Shown here piece by piece: positions 59,008 through 64,000 of a stretch of DNA of 64,000 bases. Origin of the DNA: Telluria sp. (lineage in GTDB: Bacteria; Pseudomonadota; Gammaproteobacteria; Burkholderiales; Burkholderiaceae_D); contig DASWMN010000003.1 in NCBI GenBank assembly GCA_036399735.1, positions 11,399 to 75,398 on the forward strand. Direction: 5' to 3'. Both the position numbers and the translations under genes were made by a program. A model generated the notes under the pieces. The model saw only the letters and a list, made by a program, of their open reading frames with translations, was not told the origin of the DNA and made no database searches. Numbering within the stretch: the first letter of the stretch is position 1; each line of letters begins with the position of its first letter.

Positions 59008-60144
59008 ATGGAACGCGACCAGGCTTCAAAATTCATGTTCGACTTGCTGCGTCTGATGACCAGCAAAGGCGGCTCCGACCTGTTTATCACTGCAGGATTC
59101 CCGCCCGCGATCAAGATTGACGGCAAAATGACGCCGGTATCGAGCCAGGCTCTGACTTCATCGCACACCGCCGATCTGGCGCGCGCGATCATGAACGACA
59201 AGCAGACCGCCGGCTTCGAACTGACCAAGGAATCGAACTTCGCCATCAGCCCGGGCGACCTGGGCCGTTTCCGGGTTTCGGCCTTTGTGCAGATGAGCAG
59301 CGTCGGCATGGTGCTGCGGACCATTACCACCACCATTCCAAAACTGGAAGACCTGCGCCTGCCCGAGATCCTCAAGGATATCGTGATGACCAAGCGCGGC
59401 CTGGTCATCATGGTCGGCGCGACCGGTTCGGGTAAATCGACGACGCTTGCGGCGATGGTCGGCTATCGCAACGAGAACAGCTACGGCCACATCATCACGA
59501 TTGAAGATCCGGTCGAATATGTGCACCCGCACCGCAACTGCGTGATCACGCAGCGCGAAGTGGGCGTCGATACCGAATCGTTCGAGGCTGCCCTGAAAAA
59601 CTCGCTGCGCCAGGCGCCGGACGTGATCCAGATCGGCGAGATCCGCGACCGCGAAACCATGGACCACGCGATCGCGTTTGCGGAAACCGGCCACCTTTGC
59701 CTGGCCACCCTGCACGCCAACAGCTCCAACCAGGCGCTGGACCGTATCATCAACTTCTTCCCCGAAGAGCGCCGCCAGCAGCTGCTGATGGACTTGTCGC
59801 TGAACTTGAAGGGCCTGATTTCGCAGCGCCTGATTCCGATGAAGGAATCGAAGGGCCGCTGCGTAGCAATCGAGATCATGCTGAACTCCCCGCTCATCTC
59901 CGACCTGATTTTCAAGGGCGATGTGCACGAGATCAAAGAGATCATGAAGAAGTCACGCGAACTGGGCATGCAGACCTTCGACCAGGCGCTGTTCGACCTG
60001 CACGAGAACGACATGATCACCTACGAAGACGCGCTGCGTAACGCCGACTCGGTCAATGACCTGCGTCTGATGATCAAACTCAAAGGCAAGGACGCACGCA
60101 ACCGCGATCTGGCCGCCGGTACGGAACACCTGGGCATCGTATGA
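59008..60144 (+). CDS. pilU: Twitching motility ATPase PilU
   Basis: Directly after pilT. GATGSGKST, LRQAPDVI and ISQRL. Confidence 0.95.
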   Translation: MERDQASKFMFDLLRLMTSKGGSDLFITAGFPPAIKIDGKMTPVSSQALTSSHTADLARAIMNDKQTAGFELTKESNFAISPGDLGRFRVSAFVQMSSVGMVLRTITTTIPKLEDLRLPEILKDIVMTKRGLVIMVGATGSGKSTTLAAMVGYRNENSYGHIITIEDPVEYVHPHRNCVITQREVGVDTESFEAALKNSLRQAPDVIQIGEIRDRETMDHAIAFAETGHLCLATLHANSSNQALDRIINFFPEERRQQLLMDLSLNLKGLISQRLIPMKESKGRCVAIEIMLNSPLISDLIFKGDVHEIKEIMKKSRELGMQTFDQALFDLHENDMITYEDALRNADSVNDLRLMIKLKGKDARNRDLAAGTEHLGIV

Positions 60145-60626
60145 CGAGCGCCTTCGATTTCAAGGCAAACGACATCACCGGTGCACCGGTCGACCTGGGC
60201 CAGTACAAAGGCAAGGTACTGCTGATCGTGAACACCGCCAGCAAGTGCGGTTTCACGCCGCAGTACAAGGGTCTGGAGCAGGTGTATCAACAGTTCAAGG
60301 ACCAGGGCGCGGTGGTGCTCGGCTTTCCCTGCAATCAGTTCGCCAGCCAGGAACCGGAAGGCGAAGCGGAAATCGGCGCCTTCTGCGAAAAGAACTTTGG
60401 CGTGACCTTCCCGCTGTTTTCCAAAATCGATGTGAATGGCAGCGGTGCGCATCCGCTGTTCCAGCATCTGAAAAAGGAAAAGCCGGGTTTGCTGGGCCTT
60501 GAACTGATCAAGTGGAACTTCACCAAGTTCCTGGTCCGCAAGGATGGCAGCGTGTACAAGCGCTACGCCCCTGCAACTACACCGGCCGAAATGGTGGCCG
60601 ATATCGAGAAGCTGCTGGCCGAATAA
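60141..60626 (+). CDS. Glutathione peroxidase
   Basis: VNTASKCGFTPQY, GFPCNQF and KWNFTKFLV. Confidence 0.95.
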   Translation: MTSAFDFKANDITGAPVDLGQYKGKVLLIVNTASKCGFTPQYKGLEQVYQQFKDQGAVVLGFPCNQFASQEPEGEAEIGAFCEKNFGVTFPLFSKIDVNGSGAHPLFQHLKKEKPGLLGLELIKWNFTKFLVRKDGSVYKRYAPATTPAEMVADIEKLLAE

Positions 60627-60654
60627 ACAAGGTCGTCCTGGCGCAGGCGGGACG

Positions 60655-60678
60655 ATATTACTTTTACGCAAGTAATAT
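60655..60678. promoter_or_regulatory. 9-bp perfect inverted repeat, putative operator
   Basis: ATATTACTT-ttacgc-AAGTAATAT in the AT-rich intergenic region. Confidence 0.45.
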
Positions 60679-60844
60679 GTTTATTTGAAAATTCCCCGCA
60701 TGCCCATTCACAAAGCGTATACCGTTCATTCCCCCGCCCGACCCAGATATTGCCTTCCTGAATGTTAAACATCAGAACTTGAAATTGGCCTTATAAGTCG
60801 CTCGCCCCCATAATGTGTTCATACCAAACATGAAAGGGACTTAT

Positions 60845-61039
60845 ATGAACATCGTCAAGAATATGGAAGCCGTCTTCGTTGCAGCATTCGCTGTCGCCGC
60901 CTTCGCCACCTACGCCACCGCCGACGTGGTACCTGTCGCCAAGCCAGCCGCACAAGCCGCCGTCGATGCCAAGATGGCTGTCGTCGTGGTCAGCGCCAAA
61001 CGCCTCACCGCAGCAGAAAAAGCACGTATCGGTTCGTAA
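60845..61039 (+). CDS. Small exported hypothetical protein
   Basis: 64 aa, MNIVKNMEAVFVAAFAVA...VVVVSAKRLTAAEK, with RBS AAGGGA. Confidence 0.7.
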   Translation: MNIVKNMEAVFVAAFAVAAFATYATADVVPVAKPAAQAAVDAKMAVVVVSAKRLTAAEKARIGS

Positions 61040-62260
61040 TCAGGACAGTGCCTGGTCGATCAGTTCGATCCAGTGCGCAACAGGGACTTCAGTACCCGAT
61101 TGAAGGTGGTTCAGGCAGCCGATATTGGCTGATACGATCACTTCGGGCCCGGTAGCAAGCAGGTTCTCCAGCTTCCGGTCCCTCAGCTCAGTAGCAAGCG
61201 CCGGTTGCAGCATCGAATAGGTGCCCGCCGAGCCGCAACACAAATGACTGTCGGCGCACAGCTTCACATCCACGCCGGCAGCGCGCAGCAATCCTTCCAC
61301 CTTGCCCCGAATCTGCTGCCCGTGCTGCAAAGTGCATGGCGGATGCCACGCCACCCGCTGCTGCATTTTCCCCTTGAGCCGGCCCGCCAGTTCCGCTTCG
61401 AACTGCGGCATGACTTCGCTCAGATCGCGCGTGAGTGCCGAAATGCGCTGCGCCTTGGCCGCATACTCGGCGTCATGCGCCAGCAGGTGGCCGTACTCCT
61501 TGACGGTCACGCCGCAGCCGGACGCGGTCATCACAATCGCTTCCACCTGTTCGATCAGCGGCCACCATGCGTCGACATTGCGACGCATGTCGTCCAGCCC
61601 CGCTTCCTGGTCGTTCAGATGGTAGCGCAGCGCGCCGCAGCAGCCGGCCCTGGGCGCGACGACCAGCTGCACACCGCAGGCGTCCAGCACCCGCGCCGTG
61701 GCGGCGTTGATGTTCGGGGCCATAGCAGGCTGCACACAGCCGTCCAGCACCAGCATCTTGCGCGCATGTTCCCTGCGCGGCCAGGCGCCTCCCGCCCGGG
61801 AGGCCGGCAGTTTATCCTGCAGCGCCGGCGACAACAGCGGACGCACCAGCTTGCCCGCCTTGTACAGCGGGGTGAAGATCCATTTACGCGGCAATGCCGC
61901 TTTCAGCACGCTGCGTTTGATGCGGTCGGCCAGTGGCCGTGCCACGCGCTGCTCGACGATCTTGCGGCCGATATCGGCCAGACGCCCGTACTTCACGCCG
62001 GAAGGACAGGTCGTCTCGCAACTGCGGCAAGTCAGGCAGCGGTCCAGGTGCACCTGGGTTTTGCGCGTTACCGGCGCGCCCTCGAGCACCTGCTTGATCA
62101 GGTAGATCCGTCCGCGCGGGCCGTCCAGTTCATCGCCAAGAATCTGGTAGGTCGGGCAAGTGGCCGTGCAGAATCCGCAATGGACGCAGGCGCGCAGGAT
62201 CGCTTCGGCTTCGTCGCCGTCGGCCGTGCCCTGGATGAAATCGGCAAGCTTGGTCTGCAT
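61040..62260 (-). CDS. glcF: Glycolate oxidase Fe-S subunit
   Basis: CVHCGFCTATCP, CLTCRSCETTCP and CCG domains. Confidence 0.95.
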   Translation of the reverse strand: MQTKLADFIQGTADGDEAEAILRACVHCGFCTATCPTYQILGDELDGPRGRIYLIKQVLEGAPVTRKTQVHLDRCLTCRSCETTCPSGVKYGRLADIGRKIVEQRVARPLADRIKRSVLKAALPRKWIFTPLYKAGKLVRPLLSPALQDKLPASRAGGAWPRREHARKMLVLDGCVQPAMAPNINAATARVLDACGVQLVVAPRAGCCGALRYHLNDQEAGLDDMRRNVDAWWPLIEQVEAIVMTASGCGVTVKEYGHLLAHDAEYAAKAQRISALTRDLSEVMPQFEAELAGRLKGKMQQRVAWHPPCTLQHGQQIRGKVEGLLRAAGVDVKLCADSHLCCGSAGTYSMLQPALATELRDRKLENLLATGPEVIVSANIGCLNHLQSGTEVPVAHWIELIDQALS

Positions 62261-62261
62261 A

Positions 62262-63323
62262 TCAGTACATCCGTCCGGGATTGAACACGCCGGCGGGGTC
62301 GAATGCCGCCTTGAGCCGCTCGTGAATTTTCGCCACCGCGGGTGCGAGCGGGTGAAACACGCCAACCGCCTTGTCGCCACCGCGGAACAGGGTGGCGTGA
62401 CCGCCTACCGCCCTGACCGCGCGGCGGATGTTGTTCGTGGTCTCGCTGTCCGAGCCGGACTTGAGCCAGCGCTGCGCCCCGCCCCACTCGATCAACTGCG
62501 TACCGCGCAAAATGATCGCGCCTGTGGCCGACGGCACGGACAAGCGCCACAAGGATTCGGCATCCGCAAAAAAAGGATGCTGCTGTTCGCGCAAGGCACG
62601 CCAGAAAGCATCGGCGTCCGGCACAGCATCGCCGCCAAGCAGCCTTTCGGCAGCGTCCACCGCCGCGCCCGCGCCGGACAGGCGCACCGTCAGGACGCCG
62701 TCATGCCAGCAGCTGGCCGACAGTGGCAGTGGCTGACCGCCCCAGGTGTTGAGCCGGTCAAGCGCATCGATCTCGCTCATGGCGAAGCGGCGCGTACTTT
62801 CCCGCACCGCCCGTGGCAGTACCTTCACCGAAGCCTGCAGCAGCAAGCCAAGCGTGCCAAGCGAGCCCGCCAGCAGGCGCGACACGTCGTAGCCGGCGAC
62901 ATTTTTCATTACCTGGCCGCCGAAGGTCAGCACCTCGCCGCGGCCATCCATCAGCACAGTACCGAGCACGAAGTCGCGGGCGGCGCCGGCACTGGCGCGG
63001 CGCGGGCCGGACAAGCCGCTGGCAAGCGCGCCGCCGAAGGTCGCAGCCGGGCCGAAATGCGGCGGCTCGAATGCCAGCATCTGCCCCCGTTCCGCCAATG
63101 CGGCTTCGATGTCGGCCAGCGGCGTGCCGCAGCGCGCCGTGATGACCAGTTCCGTCGGCTCGTAGTCGACGATGCCGCTGCAGGCACGGGTGTCGAGAAT
63201 GTCGCCTTCCAGGCGCTGGCCGTACCAGTCCTTGCTGCCGCCGCCGCGAATGCGCAGTGCGCTGCGACTGGCGGCGGCGCCCAGAATCTGCTCGCGCAAT
63301 GGTTGGTGTAAAAGCGCGCTCAT
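62262..63323 (-). CDS. glcE: Glycolate oxidase FAD-binding subunit
   Basis: YEPTELVITARCGTP, GGQVMKNVAGYD and FDPAGVFNPGRM. Confidence 0.95.
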   Translation of the reverse strand: MSALLHQPLREQILGAAASRSALRIRGGGSKDWYGQRLEGDILDTRACSGIVDYEPTELVITARCGTPLADIEAALAERGQMLAFEPPHFGPAATFGGALASGLSGPRRASAGAARDFVLGTVLMDGRGEVLTFGGQVMKNVAGYDVSRLLAGSLGTLGLLLQASVKVLPRAVRESTRRFAMSEIDALDRLNTWGGQPLPLSASCWHDGVLTVRLSGAGAAVDAAERLLGGDAVPDADAFWRALREQQHPFFADAESLWRLSVPSATGAIILRGTQLIEWGGAQRWLKSGSDSETTNNIRRAVRAVGGHATLFRGGDKAVGVFHPLAPAVAKIHERLKAAFDPAGVFNPGRMY

Positions 63324-63324
63324 G

Positions 63325-64000
63325 TCAGAATCGCGGCAGGTTGGCAAACGGCAGAACACCACCGCGCACGCGCATCCTGCCAAATTCGGCGCAGCGGTTC
63401 AGGGTGGGGATCGCCTTGTCGGGATTGAGCAGAAACGGCACATCAAAGGCGCGTTTTACGGCGAAGAACATATCGAGCTCCGCGCGGCCGAACTGCACGC
63501 ACATGGAATTGATCTTTTCGATACCGACACCATGCTCGCCGGTGATGGTGCCACCGACTTCCACGCACAGGGCAAGAATATCGGCGCCGAAGGCTTCCGC
63601 ACGTTCGAATTCGCCAGGCTGGTTGGCGTCGAACAGAATCAGGGGATGCAGATTGCCGTCGCCGGCGTGGAATACATTCGCACAACGCAGACCGTAGGTC
63701 GCTTCCATGCGCTCGATGCCGAGCAGGACCTGCGCCAGGTTCTTGCGCGGGATGGTGCCGTCCATGCAGTAGTAGTCCGGCGAGATGCGGCCCGCAGCCG
63801 GAAACGCGTTCTTGCGGCCGGACCAGAAGCGCAGCCGCTCCGCTTCGCTCTGCGAAATCGTGATCGCGTTCGCGCCGGCGGCGGCCAGCACGGCCGACAT
63901 GCGCTCGATTTCCTCGTCCACTTCCAGCTGGGTGCCATCGGCTTCGCACAGCAAAATAGCCGCGGCGTCGATGTCGTAGCCGGCCTTGACGAATGGCTCG
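63325..64000 (-). CDS. glcD: Glycolate oxidase subunit GlcD, 5' end beyond the window
   Basis: FHAGDGNLHP, GGTITGEHGVG.EK and LNPDK. Confidence 0.93.
   Translation of the reverse strand, partial: EPFVKAGYDIDAAAILLCEADGTQLEVDEEIERMSAVLAAAGANAITISQSEAERLRFWSGRKNAFPAAGRISPDYYCMDGTIPRKNLAQVLLGIERMEATYGLRCANVFHAGDGNLHPLILFDANQPGEFERAEAFGADILALCVEVGGTITGEHGVGIEKINSMCVQFGRAELDMFFAVKRAFDVPFLLNPDKAIPTLNRCAEFGRMRVRGGVLPFANLPRF

Overview
This is a high-GC betaproteobacterial chromosomal window. Gene content and order suggest Oxalobacteraceae (Massilia/Telluria-like), which is an inference. Most of it is core genes: ftsY-ftsE-ftsX-rpoH, a complete aa3-type cytochrome c oxidase and assembly cluster, a BioC-like methyltransferase with comF-trmL, rfaE2, oxyR-ubiA, an elaB/yqjE/yqjK-like trio, proC-yggS, pilT-pilU plus a second pilU-like ATPase, glutathione peroxidase and glcD/E/F. 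Accessory blocks are interspersed: (i) a pectate lyase and small regulator modules at the left end; (ii) an 8-gene furan/unusual fatty-acid-like operon divergent from a B12-binding LitR/CarH-type regulator, with two matching palindromic operators; (iii) a YtrA-type GntR/ABC operon whose ATPase has a Walker A Lys-to-Ile change; (iv) a minimal Ter stress cluster with NhaR; and (v) a variable region of about 8 kb between trmL and rfaE2. The best candidate for an undescribed system is in region (v). It consists of a ~1036-aa polytopic membrane phospholipase (patatin/cPLA2-like, catalytic halves split by about 10-11 TM helices), a 95-aa standalone protease-propeptide-like protein, and a translationally coupled, signal-less subtilisin-type (D-H-S) protease carrying a sedolisin-like prodomain. 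A CIRCE element lies upstream of rpoH, and a ~200-bp REP/MITE-like inverted-repeat element lies at 30447-30647. I saw no tRNA, rRNA, CRISPR array, integrase or transposase. All family assignments are from motif recognition by eye, not database searches.
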